Below the pieces are notes generated by a model. It saw only the letters and a list, made by a program, of their open reading frames with translations. It was not told where the DNA came from and did not search any database. The translations under genes were made by a program, and so were the position numbers. DNA of 64,000 nucleotides, taken from assembly GCA_964016885.1 (NCBI GenBank), contig OZ024743.1, positions 349,184,001-349,248,000 of the forward strand, given 5' to 3'. How positions within the stretch are numbered: the stretch's first letter is position 1; each line of letters starts with the position of its first letter. Shown here in pieces: positions 1 through 13,748 of the stretch. This DNA is from Eledone cirrhosa (lineage: Eukaryota).

Positions 1-1
1 C

Positions 2-310
2 TCTGTCCGGCACGCCTTCCGCTGCACCTCCACCAACCTAGTCTATGGACTTCTGAAATCTACGTCGGACAGACTGAACGTCACCTGGCGGACTATTTCA
101 CGGAACATCTCCGGCATATTCGCCTAAGTGGGAGTTCCCCGATCACCCGCCACTTTCGCTCTCCTGGACATTCCCCCCACCACCTCACAGTCTGTAGCCT
201 TCTCCAATGCCATGGAACACCCGCCACCCGCCTCACCGTCGAACAACGCACCATCTTCACCCTCCAGACCCACACCCCCCGGCCTGAACTCCCCACACCT
301 ATTCCTTTAG
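2..310 (+). pseudogene. Penelope-like element GIY-YIG endonuclease C-terminus (frameshifted remnant, runs off the window start)
   Basis: Manual translation: frame 2 FRCTSTNLVY, then frame 1 from 58 IYVGQTERHLADYFTEHLRHIR..PITRHFRSPGH..RLTVEQRTIFTLQTHTP, then PGLN. This is the PLE VY..YIG-T-R..EH..HF..H..EQ..IF.L.T..P.GLN pattern. The CxxC spacer is missing. Confidence 0.85.
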
Positions 311-1660
311 CCTTCGACCGCCCACCCGATCCACCCTTTCCCCACTAACACCTCTAACACGCCCCCTCCCTCCTTGGCCCATCTCACAACTAACTATACT
401 AACATCCCCACCCCTCCCCCTAACACGCACACACACACCTTAACATATATACATGCACGCACACTATCCACACACCCTACTACCACCACTAATCCTCACC
501 CACACATCCACTGCGACCACCCCACAACTAACATCACTAACCTCCCCCCGACCCCACGCACACGAACACACACCATCACACCCACACCTATGTAAACCAC
601 ACACTCCACACACCCAACCACCACTAACCCCCACTTACACACCCGCTTTCCACCCTTTCCCCACCACATGTAATACTAACACCCACTAACACCCCCTTTA
701 CCACACACCAACTCATCCAAACACGCACACACACACCAGTACACTACACTCCCTCCTCCGTCCCCAACACTTCTTCTCTTCCTCTCTCTCTCTCTCTCCC
801 TCTCCCCGCTCCTCCCACACCCCTTCACGCACATACATCTCTCTAACACCTCTACTAATATACACCCCATCACCCCACTTCACCACCTTCCTCATCCACC
901 TTCACACCTACCCATCCTCTCCCTTGTCCACCGCACCTTCGCACACACACACACACACAGTCCTCACCTCACTCCACCTGTCATCGCTCTACTGTTATCT
1001 CTTCATCCCGCTCTACTGCTATATCTACACCCTGTCTTGACCCTCTGACCACTTCCTGTTGCGCGCGCACCCCACTTCCCTCTACTTCCTACCACCACCA
1101 ACATTGGATTCTACCCCTTCGTTCATCTCTCCAACCATCCATTCCATATCCTGAAAAATATCCAGCACCTCTCCACACATCTGACGGAAATACCTCAGGA
1201 CCTTACCCACGAACATACACTCACACATTTCTTTTCGCACCACGCCACCCACATCCACACCACATATAAACACAAACACACACGTGCGTACCCCCACATA
1301 TACACAACCTCCGGAATCCACACGCCACCTACCCCACCCCTGAGCCTTCTTCTTCCACACGCACGCACACACACTCACATACACCTACACACATACACAA
1401 ACACCACCTTCAGCCTTCCTCGCTTCCACCCCCCGCCTCCCTCTCCCAATTCCAACCGGCACCACCCGTACACGCCTCACAACCTTCCACCACTTGTCCA
1501 ACTTATTGTTTATTCTTATGTTTATTTTTATTTGTTCTCCTTCCCCCTTTTTTCTAAATGTATTTCCACACACCCTCTGAACTCTCCTCCTAATCGATTT
1601 ACTCCCGAAGGAAGGCTTATGCCGACCCCCCCCCCCACGCACACACACACACTCTCAAAA
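311..1660 (+). repeat. C/A-rich, G-depleted low-complexity tract (probable PLE 3' UTR)
   Basis: Continuous CCAC/CACA/CCTC-rich sequence directly after the endonuclease stop. Confidence 0.7.
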
Positions 1661-1717
1661 CCGTGAACCTAATAAACCTTTATTTGTCTGCCTCTCTTTT
1701 TTTCCCGTATAAATTTG

Positions 1718-1805
<88 letters not shown>

Positions 1806-1880
1806 GTATAGAGATTTCGTATTTCTAAAGAAATACGGTTTTAGGAAGCCGTAGCTATGCAAACACCGGGGGGGGGGGCG

Positions 1881-1973
1881 GTCTAGCAGAAGCAAGGGGA
1901 CAACCGTCTATGCATTTCAGGCTTGACTGGCCTTCGTCAGGACGTTCCCTCCCACTGCTTGTTACTGCTGGAC
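1881..1973 (-). ncRNA. Minimal type I hammerhead ribozyme (canonical core)
   Basis: Minus strand reads cguc-CUGACGA-aggc(cagucaa)gccu-GAAA-ugca-UA^gacg. Stem III is the palindrome AUGCAU, and stem I pairing extends into the flanks (cagcag..aagca..ggga / uccc..ugcuu..cugcu). Confidence 0.88.
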
Positions 1974-2221
1974 TTGAAAACAGTCGAGAATATATGGTTT
2001 TCTCGTCTGTGTAAATGAGGTGATTAATCTCATTTGCATATGAAGCTGCGTATGTTGGCTCAACTTATAATAGAAAACAAATAAGATTTCGCTTCAAACA
2101 TATATCATAAATACATTTTCACTAGCTTTCCCTCCAAACGGACACTTCTTTGTATCTGACTCAACATATTCCTCTGTATTTGATATTATGTATGTATATA
2201 TATATATGTATGAATGTATGT

Positions 2222-2531
2222 GAAGGTGCGTGTGTTTGTGCTTAGGGAATTCGGCTCATGATAGTAAGGTCATGAGTTCGATTCCCGGTGCCACGTTGTG
2301 TCATTGAACAATACACTTTATTTCACTTTATTTCACGTTGCTGCAGTCCACTAGGCTAGCAAAAATGAGTTATAGCTGTAATCACTAATTCTGTATCACG
2401 CCCAATCTCTCTGAGATTAAGGGTACGCGTATTTATGAAATATTCAGCCACTTACTGGTTAATATCACGAGTAGGTTGTACCGTTGATCGCATAAACTGG
2501 AACACTCATCGTCGTAACTGACGGAGTGCCT
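2222..2531 (+). mobile_element. tRNA-derived SINE, second family (diverged)
   Basis: B-box-like GAGTTCGATTCCC followed by TTGTGTCATTGAACAATACACTTTATTTCAC. A related 3' part lies on the minus strand at about 6860-6960. Confidence 0.65.
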
Positions 2532-2950
2532 TCCATGTATGTATGATTGTGTGTATGTATGTGTGAATGTATGTATGTGTATATGTAAGTATGTGTGTAT
2601 GTATGCAATGGTGCGTGATTCATATGTGAGAAGTGTTTTGTTGTCAGGCTAGTGCGGATCTGTAGATATACTGCTTTCACTGTCTATACAGTACAAACAC
2701 ATATGCACACATATATATGGGCAATGTTCAATTAGTTATGAGGTTATTCATGTGTAATTTGATCTTAATGTTCAACAACTTATACATAATCAACGAAGCT
2801 TGCTGCATTACTAGCAATATTTCTTCATCCTGGTTGATTAAAATCTCAGTCGTAAATATATTTGTGCATCACAGTATTTTACAACACTATTATTAAATAT
2901 TTACAAACAAACCGGGTAGCCGCATTTTACATTGACTACGATATGTATAA

Positions 2951-2997
<47 letters not shown>

Positions 2998-3202
2998 TGT
3001 TATACTTGGGGAGGGTCATATTTGTGTAATATTGCCAGAATTAAAAACAGAACACACTAACTGTTTGGTTGGTTTTCACTTTTCGCTTCTGTGTCTTTTA
3101 TATCGGTTAATTTAATTTATTCGGTCCTCAATGTTGCCATTGACTGACCAACGGTCAAAAATACAGATACGATATAGACACAAACACATATATATAGTCT
3201 AT

Positions 3203-3240
3203 CAAAGTTATTTCGTTGCACATCTGCAACATCGTCAGTG
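3203..3240 (-). ncRNA. Minimal hammerhead ribozyme in the 3' region of the adjacent PLE
   Basis: ca-CUGACGA-u-guugca(gaug)ugcaac-GAAA-uaac-UU^ug. Same strand as, and about 300 nt downstream of, the PLE ORF ending at 3548. Stems I and III are weak. Confidence 0.7.
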
Positions 3241-3547
3241 GTGCTATTGTTTCCTCGCGTTGCATTGTATGTCCACACCATCTTTATTTAGTCTGTTTAT
3301 ATATATATTTATTTGTTTATTTTTTGTCCTCTTTGCGCATGCGTTTGCGTGTGTGTATAGTGTTTTGTTTAATGTGTGTTTGTGTTTGGGTGACTGTGTA
3401 TTGGTTAATGTATTCTATCTTTACTAGTGTGTGTTTATATATGTTTGTTGTTATTGTGATTGTGTATGTATTTATTTATCTATTTATTTATTTATTTATA
3501 CTTCTCTTAGGTCAGTGTTGTTTACTTGGGTGTTGTTGTTATTCCAT

Positions 3548-4457
<910 letters not shown>

Positions 4458-4738
4458 CACATTGCTCATATTTCGACCAGGTTTGATGGTTTTATTCTCT
4501 CTCGTCCACGATTTCAAAGAACTTATATTCATCGATTTCAGGGACTTGACTCCTTCTTCCTCACTTTTCGTTGCATTACCATCTTTGATTGTTTACACCT
4601 CGCTTGTTCCTCTTATTTACGTGTCCCAACGACTTTCTTTAGCCGTTGCTCGCACCAACCGCAGGTGTATGGTCTTTAAAGCGATGAAATACCAATGAAC
4701 GTTGGCAGTTCACTGATGAACGACTAAATTAATTCAAT

Positions 4739-4936
<198 letters not shown>

Positions 4937-5207
4937 TACACGGGTGTGTATGATTGTGTAAAGATGATTATATTAATAAAAGGAATTCCAACTTTGTCTG
5001 ATTTACTCGTTTTATTTACAATCCTTTAAAATTAATAATGGTATTAGAATGAAATAGTATGGTAGAATATTAAATGTTAAGTGTTAATTGAACAAGCACT
5101 TTCATGTTTTCGCAATCTTCAGGTTCAGATTGTGTGGTGACGTTGAAGTTTTGCAATTTCAACTGTTGAAAATTGCAGTAAATCAGACAAAGTTGGAATA
5201 CCTTTTA

Positions 5208-5299
<92 letters not shown>

Positions 5300-5412
5300 G
5301 AATGTATATATAGTGTATTTTGCAATACATTGTATGCTTAATTAAAATCATTTCGAAGACCTTATGCTATTGTTTTAGAGTAGTGACAGACTCACTTACT
5401 TTAATTTTCAGC

Positions 5413-5489
5413 AAACAGGGGAGATAAAGCTGACAAGACCCTGTTTCGCATTTATTGATGCTTATCAAAGCCAACTACTCCTCCTGTTT
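5413..5489 (-). ncRNA. Hammerhead ribozyme, U3-A8 variant (copy 1)
   Basis: ggcu-UUGAUAA-gcau(caauaa)augc-GAAA-ca(gggucu)ug-UC^agcu. Distal stem I is aaacagg..gag / cuc..ccuguuu. Confidence 0.8.
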
Positions 5490-5606
5490 TCTGTAATCAT
5501 GGATGTTTGGTTTTTATAGAATTCTAGTAAATAATCAGGAACTGATTATACAGAGCGGTAGCCGGTCAATCAGAAATGGAAAATTAGAATTGGTGCTCTG
5601 AAATAG

Positions 5607-5665
<59 letters not shown>

Positions 5666-5790
5666 TGTATATATAGTGTATTTTGCAATACACTGTATGC
5701 TTAATTAAAATCATTTCGAAGACCTTATGCTATTGTTTTAGAGTAGTGAGAGACTCACTTACTTTAATTTTCGGCAAACAGGGGAGATAA

Positions 5791-5835
5791 AGCTGACAAG
5801 GCGCTGTTTCGCATTTATTGATGCTTATCAAAGCC
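5791..5835 (-). ncRNA. Hammerhead ribozyme, U3-A8 variant (copy 2)
   Basis: Core and stems identical to copy 1. The two differences fall in loop 3 (gcgccu versus gggucu). Confidence 0.8.
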
Positions 5836-5945
5836 AACTACTCCTCCTATATATATAGTGTATTGCAAAATACACTATATATACATTTATATATATATAT
5901 ATAGCTATTTCAGAGCACCAATTCTTATATATATATATATATATT

Positions 5946-6125
5946 TACAAAATAAAAAATAACCGAGGTGTCCTACACGAGTGAAAGTATAAAGAAAAAA
6001 AGACGATATTGAAAATGCAACTAAAGTCTTATTTTTTAAAATATACAAATATTTATTTGGTTCCTTTACCGGTTTCGCAGTTCTGCTTTTCAAAATATAG
6101 AGTTGAGATGGAGGGTCTGTTTCTT
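5946..6125 (-). mobile_element. Short hammerhead-bearing cassette (same family as 51441-51753)
   Basis: Aligns to the 51.4-51.75 kb element. Contains UUGAAAA-gcag(aa)cugc-GAAA-ccgg-UA^aagg at about 6063-6094, with stem I partly decayed. Confidence 0.8.
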
Positions 6126-6162
6126 TTCTCACACACACACATATATATATATATATTTATAT

Positions 6163-6565
6163 ATGGTGGCTGCCAACTCGTTTTCGAGTATGGCCACTAC
6201 TTGATATCCATGTAGGAGAACCCCTACCGATGCGCTAAACAAGTTGATTTTTAGTCCAGCCAGCGACTTGAAAACTCTGGTACAAACACTACACCTGTGA
6301 AAATTATTGACACATAGTGCTGGGCCCATGGTACCATGTGACGACAAGTGCAGAGAGATCTCCAGATATAAAGCAATGCCTGTGCCGTGAAGCTTTTATA
6401 GTGAGCAAAGGCACTGCACAAAGCCAGCCCCACTCTCTTAACCAAGATGATATTTACCAAAAAGAAGAACAAGTCAAGATCATTGGATACCATTAGGGTT
6501 GCAGGTGTTATATCATAGTTTTCCTTCTCCTAGAATTCTGCCTTGACAAATAAAGCTAAGAAGCT
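6163..6565 (-). mobile_element. Short RTE-derived non-autonomous element (5' UTR fused to 3' end)
   Basis: C-terminal zinc-finger remnant CSVCTRVFKSLAGLK and a 5' UTR motif CCTTCTCCTAG..GCTA. Homologous to 9863-10390. Confidence 0.6.
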
Positions 6566-7206
6566 TCCATAGGCGGTATGCCGTTTGAGCACTCTATGTT
6601 CTTACAGAACTGAGTGTGATATAATATAAAACGAAAAAGCATATAAATTTCAACACAAAATGCAATAAAAATGAACCACTATAATCCATAACATTATACA
6701 TCATTATGTCTCATTACAAATTCTATCGCATTTACATAGTATGAAGACACTAAATTAATGCTATAACATCATCAATATTTTACTTATACTAATAACTAAA
6801 TGTTTAAAAGTCACACACACAGGAAATGGAAATTGGTCAGTTTCAACGTTAGTTTTCCATTTGTTTCATCAATGGAACAGACTGCGTATGAAATTAATTC
6901 ATTAAAGTCACTGAGCATTCACCAGACAGGTTTACCCTTAATGTAATTGTCAGGGATATTCAACGTAAACATTGTGTGTGCTAAGAACAGTCCTTTGTAT
7001 CACAGACATAGTCCATCGGGCGGGCTTCCAAACACTGCCCACTTACACAAAGCCACTCACAAATGACACAGTGGGATGAAATCTGTGATCTAAAAGCTGT
7101 GATCTAAAAGCTTATATAACACACACACAGACACGCCCCCAATCGCACACAAACAAATACACACAAACGCATTAACATATTGACGCATATACAGAAACTA
7201 ACAAAC

Positions 7207-7263
7207 CCAAAGTACATTACGCCATGTGTTTAGCTTGACGTAGTATTTGCTTTCTATTATACC
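7207..7263 (-). CDS. Candidate 57-nt internal exon, GIIESKYYVKLNTWRNVLW (unidentified)
   Basis: ctaat..ttttcAG acceptor and GTttgt donor. Length is a multiple of 3 and only phase 0 is open. No homolog recognised. Confidence 0.35.
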
Positions 7264-9733
7264 CTGAAAATCATTAGACAGTATCATGAATTCAGAATCT
7301 TCAGGGTTTGTGTGTGTCACGAATATACATATAAAGCCCCCTCTTTCCGTACAGGCATTCACATTGGTGGTCGGCCACAGATCATCTGCCAAATATCTGT
7401 AAACCAACTCCGTCTTCGTATAGAAGCAAATCTTGTGGTGGTCACCAAATTAGCTAAGCTGGAAGCAATCCTGTACCCAAAAGCCATTTGGCCAATCTTT
7501 AACGATTCAAAAAACAAATCACACCTTACATTTTTTTTCTACCTTTCTGGCCAAAAACGGCCCTGGATCTATGAAACAAAAATTACATATATAATAGATT
7601 CCTATTCAAATTAAAATGTTCCAACAATTCTTTTAGTTATGAGAATTATATGTTTAAGTTACTAACTCTATACAACCAGGGGGTTTTGTTTTATTGGGTA
7701 GTTGTTAGATCTTCTACCTAAATGAAAGACACTTTGTTCAATGTCCCAGTCGAAATACTAAACAATATCCTAGAATATTGTGGCAACATGACCATCTCTA
7801 AATACAACGATAAATATTTACATTTCTATTATCTACGCAAAACTGATTTTCTTCATAACATTAACATCTTCATAAAAACCTATGCGATATAGAAAATAAG
7901 TTCTAAACCTTCCACTGAGTTCATATTTTTAATCGAAGGTGTGTGAGATCGTTTTAATGATGTGAGGACAATTTTTCTTTTAATTAATTTTACAAATTAA
8001 TTAAATTAAATTGTACACACCTGACACTCAACATAAAATGTTACACACCTAATATGCTCATTATTTTTCTAATACTTCAATAAAAAGATAACATAACTTA
8101 CAAGAGAAAAAATTAATAAAATAATCAAGATACTCATTAATGTTTTGGGAAAAAAACATATACGTAAGTTATCTTTACAAATCGGAAACTAAAATAAATA
8201 AGCGAAATGTTGTTAATAATAACAGCTACAAAGACGATGATGGAAAAGGTGATTATAATGATGATGCAAATGATGGCGATGATGGTTATCATAATAATGA
8301 GGAGGAGGATGACGGGAAAGATGAGGAACATTAAAGCAACAACAAGAGCAACAACAATCATAATGACAATAAAAATGTCATTGTTTTTTCATGTGATTAT
8401 TATTTTTATCATTGTTATTATTCAAATGTTTACTGTTGTTGTTTACTTAAGATGTAGAGTTTTGCATTCTGTATGACCTCAAATGTTTTATTGTTAATCA
8501 GGTTACATATTCTATTCTCTACCTCTTCTCTTTATCACCAATTTGAAGTGTGAATCCTTTTAAAAATCTAGTGTGTTTTAATCGCTTAAATGTTTGAGGT
8601 GTGAAGAAATAGATAGAAACATTAAGACAAGTTGACGCCAAAGATCTTTCTTATAAAGCAGCCACCACGACTCATTTAAAGATCCTATAGAAAGTTACCA
8701 AACCAGGTGCATGCCTGTCTCCTTCTATTTTCAGCACAGCGTCGACGGGAAAGACAAATAAATGTAAAAATGTTCAGATCATATCTCAATAATTTTCTAA
8801 AATGTTTGATATTATAAACAGATATTTTAAGAATTTCTCTTGGAGATTACATTCATGTTGACTGTTTATAAATTTCAGTCGAGTAGCTAATTAACAATAT
8901 TAGTTTATTGTTTAAGCAGATGGCTAATTTTTGTAAGTGGGGAGTAGTCGATTAAATTCATCTCAATTTATGAGAGCTACTTATTTTATTGAACTCGCAG
9001 AAGAAAAGACATTTATGCACAGCTAAATATTTTCATTAGTAACATAATGAATTTAGCTCAATTCCCTGACATATGATATAACGTTTATTATAATTTGCTA
9101 CAAATTTCAAAATTTTCGGAATTTTCAGTGGAAGAGCTTTCTTAAAAGTCAGACAAATGCTAGATACTAAAAACTTTTTTACAAAAATATATAGTTTTGA
9201 AAATATACTTATTACTATGTTATTGCATGAATTTTTCCTAAGATAAACAAAAACACATTTTTTTAAATTAAAATAAATCCCTCCAGAAACCTAGAGATTC
9301 TATAGATTCTCGGGCTCGGAAAAATAAAATGTTAGAGGAATTTCAGCAGGATTTGAGCTGCAACACACAGAAGTCATTTTACTCGATCTGGAACTAAACA
9401 TGCCTTTTAAAGATGAGAAGTTTGATTTTATGAAAGCATATTAGAGTGGATATTGACCGTAATAAATATTTTCAAAATTGTTCTTTTAATAATTTCTTTT
9501 TATATCATATTTCTTTCCGTTCCAGCTCGCTGACGTTAACACTCGATAGAAGAGTCAAAGCCAGCAATCCAACTTTTTGTACGTAATACGTAATTTCATA
9601 CAAATTAAAATAATAAGACTACAATATTCAAACATACATAAAAGCAATCACTTTCGTGATTTTTATCAGGCAACATTTAACAATTTTATGTAGGTATGAA
9701 CGTATGTTATATTATGAATTTACCCCTCTCTCT

Positions 9734-9831
<98 letters not shown>

Positions 9832-9862
9832 CATAGATACTTAAACAAATGCATAGATGTAT

Positions 9863-10390
9863 GATGGGTGCCCCTCGTTATTGAGTATGGCCATTGCACG
9901 ATATACCATTATTAATAATTATTAATTAATTCTAACTGGCGGTGGATTGGCAGTATAGGTAGAGGGTCGGACGCCATGCTTGAAGCATAGAGTTACGTCC
10001 CTTTATGATCTGAGTTCAAATCCCGCCGAGGTTAAATTTGCCTTTCATCCTTATGGGATCGATAAAATAAAGTACCAGTAATGCACTGGGTAATGCCTTG
10101 TGCCAAAAGTAGAAACAATTAATTAATTCTATCATACTGTTCGTGAAGAATTTTTTTAAAGTAAGGAAAGACTGTGCACTGAGCCAATCCCACTCTCTGA
10201 GCGACAGTAGCTATAACCCGAAAAGAAGAAAAGATCGACCTTATCGCTAACTAATGAGGCGCAGGTATTATATTTGAGTTAGCCCAGTTTCCTGAGTTGC
10301 CTTCTCCTAGAAGAATGCCCTGAAAAAGGCTAGGGGTCCTTCACTGCCAGTGGTTTAACCGCGCGATCGGCTGCCCAGACCGACTATTTC
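9863..10390 (-). mobile_element. Second copy of the RTE-derived short element, interrupted by a SINE
   Basis: Shares CTCGTT..GAGTATGGCCA, CTGTGCAC..AGCCA..CCCACTCTCT..AAAAGAAGAA and CCTTCTCCTAGAA with 6163-6565. Confidence 0.6.
9938..10120 (+). mobile_element. SINE family 1 (tRNA head, Nin/Deu-like central domain, ATT tail)
   Basis: A-box-like TGGCAGTA..GG and B-box GAGTTCAAATCC. Target-site duplication ATTAATTAATTCTA at 9921-9934 and 10118-10131. Confidence 0.9.
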
Positions 10391-11169
10391 TATGTCCCCG
10401 CGCATATACATACACATGCACCCATGTATACACACATATACATATACATACACATGTACATGTGTATGTATACATATTTACACACTTTTGGATGGCCGTT
10501 GACTCTTATGAGTTCTCCCGCCCTTTGTCAGGTTTTGTTTTTTGTCCTGCAGGGAGTCCAAAATTACCCTAATCTCCAAGTAAACTTGGTTCCCGGTTTA
10601 GTCACCGACAACCCGACCATGCGACAGGATGTACTGGGTTACATGTTACCAGTAGCAATCAAGAGAGACCTGACATATATGTATACATACCTACATACAG
10701 AGTGACAAACATCGTTTTTGACAATAGAATTCTTTTCCCTGTATCACTTGAATGCATAACAGATTTTTTGAATTTTGTAATAATATAATAAACAATAACT
10801 TTAATGCTGTTCTTGATAAATAAATGCATGTAGCTTTGAAAGGTTTTAGCCTTTTTCAAAGAACATAAAAATGGGTGTCAATTTATATATATAAATGTCT
10901 TTTCCGCTTTGTAACGCATTGAATTATTTCTATAAAGGAAAGTTTGATTTTTACAAAGTTTTTATCAAAATTTAATCATTAGAATTCATAAAGCAACAAT
11001 AATATGGAGCTACAAAATATAATTCAGAAACCTGTTACATATGTTCAACTAACATATTGAATTTGCAAAATATGATTATGCATTCATGTGTGTATGTTTT
11101 GTATCTATGCATATCTGTCCATTAGTCTCCTTGTCTTTCTGTGTGTCAATTTTTTGTTAGTTTGTCACT

Positions 11170-11475
11170 CTTTATGTATGTACGTATGTATGTATACATC
11201 TATGTATTTGTTTAAGTATGTATGTATTAATATAGATATGTATGTGTGTATGTATGTATATATATGCATGTATGAATGTATGTGTGTAGGTATGTATGTA
11301 TGCATGTATGAAAGTATGTATGCATGTATGAAAGTATGTATGTATGCATGTATGAAGGTATGTATGTATGCATGTATGAAAGTATGTATGTATGTATGCA
11401 TGTATGAAAGTATGTATGTATGCATGTATGAAAGTATGTATGTATGTATGCATGTATGAAAGTATGTATGTATGT
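11170..11475. repeat. (GTAT)n-derived minisatellite (GCATGTATGAAAGTATGTAT units)
   Basis: Read directly from the sequence. Confidence 0.9.
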
Positions 11476-12014
11476 TTGGTATGTGCGTAAGCCTGTAGTA
11501 TATACTATACATATTTTTAAAATAGCGCTGTTATCTATAAGTTTCCAAAGAGGCGCTCATTTGTTTTCTGCATTTCTAATGGCGTGACTATTATAGGTGT
11601 GCATGTGCAACTTAGAGAGAATAATTATCACGATTTATATTATACAACACACCGATTATCTCCTTTGTCAAGATGCCTATATAGATGTATCCCACTGGTT
11701 CGGTCAATCAAATTTCATTAAAACAGCAGTGAGTATGACAACAAATATGGTAATATAAATTAATCATTGTTTGATAAGTTGAAATGACGAATCAAAACCG
11801 GTAATAATTGATAAAACTTAAATTCTTTAATGTAACAAATATAGAAATATATATTTCTTTTCTCGGATTAAGGAATAATCATTAAATATACTTTTGTGCA
11901 TTTCCACTTTTACTTTTTTTACATATACAAACATATGAAAATATAAAACAACATGAGATAATTATCAGGAAAATATAAAGAAATGAAAAGCAGAACCAAG
12001 AAGAAAAAAGGACT

Positions 12015-12015
<1 letters not shown>

Positions 12016-12067
<52 letters not shown>

Positions 12068-12181
12068 GCTGCTGCTGTTGCTGCTGCTCTGCTACTACTA
12101 CTACTACTATTGCTACTACTGCTGCTGCTGCTGCTGATACTACTACTACTACTGCTACTACTACTACTACTACTACTACTA

Positions 12182-12269
<88 letters not shown>

Positions 12270-12327
12270 ACTACTACTACTATTGCTACTACTGCTGCTG
12301 CTGCTGCTGATACTACTACTACTACTG

Positions 12328-12363
<36 letters not shown>

Positions 12364-12387
12364 TTACTACTACTACTACTACTACTA
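12016..12387. repeat. Compound (CTA)n/(CTG)n tract with a higher-order duplication
   Basis: The interrupted unit TATTGCTACTACTGCTGCTGCTGCTGCTGATAC occurs twice. Confidence 0.95.
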
Positions 12388-12903
12388 TGGCAACAAGATT
12401 AACATCAGCAATCATTAGAAAGTTTCCGACAAAAATCAAAATAGAAACATATACTTATGTTATTGTCTCAGTTGATGTTGATGCTGTTGTTGTTCAGGAT
12501 AAAGTCATTAACCCTAACCATCATAATATACTGATATCACAATGTGATCAACAGATGCATTTGAGAACAATATCATTAAACACCACCACCGGCACCGTCA
12601 CTATCACTAACATTATCAAATAATCATCAATGCCATCATCATCAGCGGCACCTACACCAGCAATACTCACAACAGCATGAAAAGTAAAACAAAGGAAGTA
12701 AAATGCCGCTGAGAAATTTAATAAACGCTTCCAATCGAAAGAGCAATTGAAGTGAATGTGTCATCTAAATACATTAAAGAGACTGATGATACCCGGAGCT
12801 CAAGATTTAACAATGGAAAAAGAAGTACGCATGACTACACGACCACACACACACACAGAGAAACACACACATATATATGCATGAATATATGCATATGTAT
12901 ATG

Positions 12904-12972
<69 letters not shown>

Positions 12973-13136
12973 TCATCAGCATCATCATCATCATCGTTTA
13001 ACGTACATTTTCCTCATATAGACATACTAACATACATACTTTCATACACACACGCAACACTCACGCACACACAAACACACACAAACACAAACACACACAC
13101 ACACACACACGCTCGCGCACACACACGCACACACAC

Positions 13137-13213
<77 letters not shown>

Positions 13214-13440
13214 TTAAAAAATAATGAATAAAACAATGAAACAGTTCCTTATATTAAACAAAAAAAGTTCATTATTTAACGATCGTTTCTAGGACATATA
13301 TGTGTTAGAATTGGCATGCATACTCAAAAGATCTATGTACAAAATTATACAAAATTATACAAACTATCAAATAGAATATACATACCAACACATACATATG
13401 CCGTCTTCAGACACTACCGTAAACTTTTGGTAGATTTATC

Positions 13441-13515
<75 letters not shown>

Positions 13516-13675
13516 GTAGAACACCGGAAGGTAATATCCGTAGTGGTAGATCACTCAGTCCATGGGACGAGTTAGGACAATTGTCTCACCTTAGCAGATC
13601 CTTAGAGGATCCTTAGAGGATCCGCTAAGGTGAAACAATTGTTTTCGGTATGGTGAACTAACTGTTGTGTAACCA

Positions 13676-13744
<69 letters not shown>

Positions 13745-13748
<4 letters not shown>

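Larger units (their letters stand above)
5296..5925 (-). mobile_element. Non-coding pLTR-like cassette: partial tandem direct repeat plus inverted fragment, within (TA)n
   Basis: 5296-5485 is repeated at 5659-5848. 5855-5925 is the reverse complement of the junction region 5586-5692 (AGAATTGGTGCTCTGAAATAGCTA..GTGTATTTTGCAATACAC). Confidence 0.8.

Noticed and set aside
1604-1626. CCGAAGGA-AGGC-TTAT-GCC-GAC hammerhead-like remnant
   Set aside because: Core spacing is off, GAAA is lost and stem III is replaced by poly-C.
7312-7614. 100-aa non-repetitive ORF, with a partly open antisense frame
   Set aside because: No recognisable motif and no consistent splice structure, so coding status cannot be supported.
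9526-9582. Plus-strand micro-exon candidate after a strong pyrimidine tract
   Set aside because: Ambiguous donor, no recognisable peptide and no supporting neighbouring exons.
9938-10030. tRNA gene calls from A/B boxes
   Set aside because: These are SINE heads that do not form a cloverleaf and continue into SINE body sequence.
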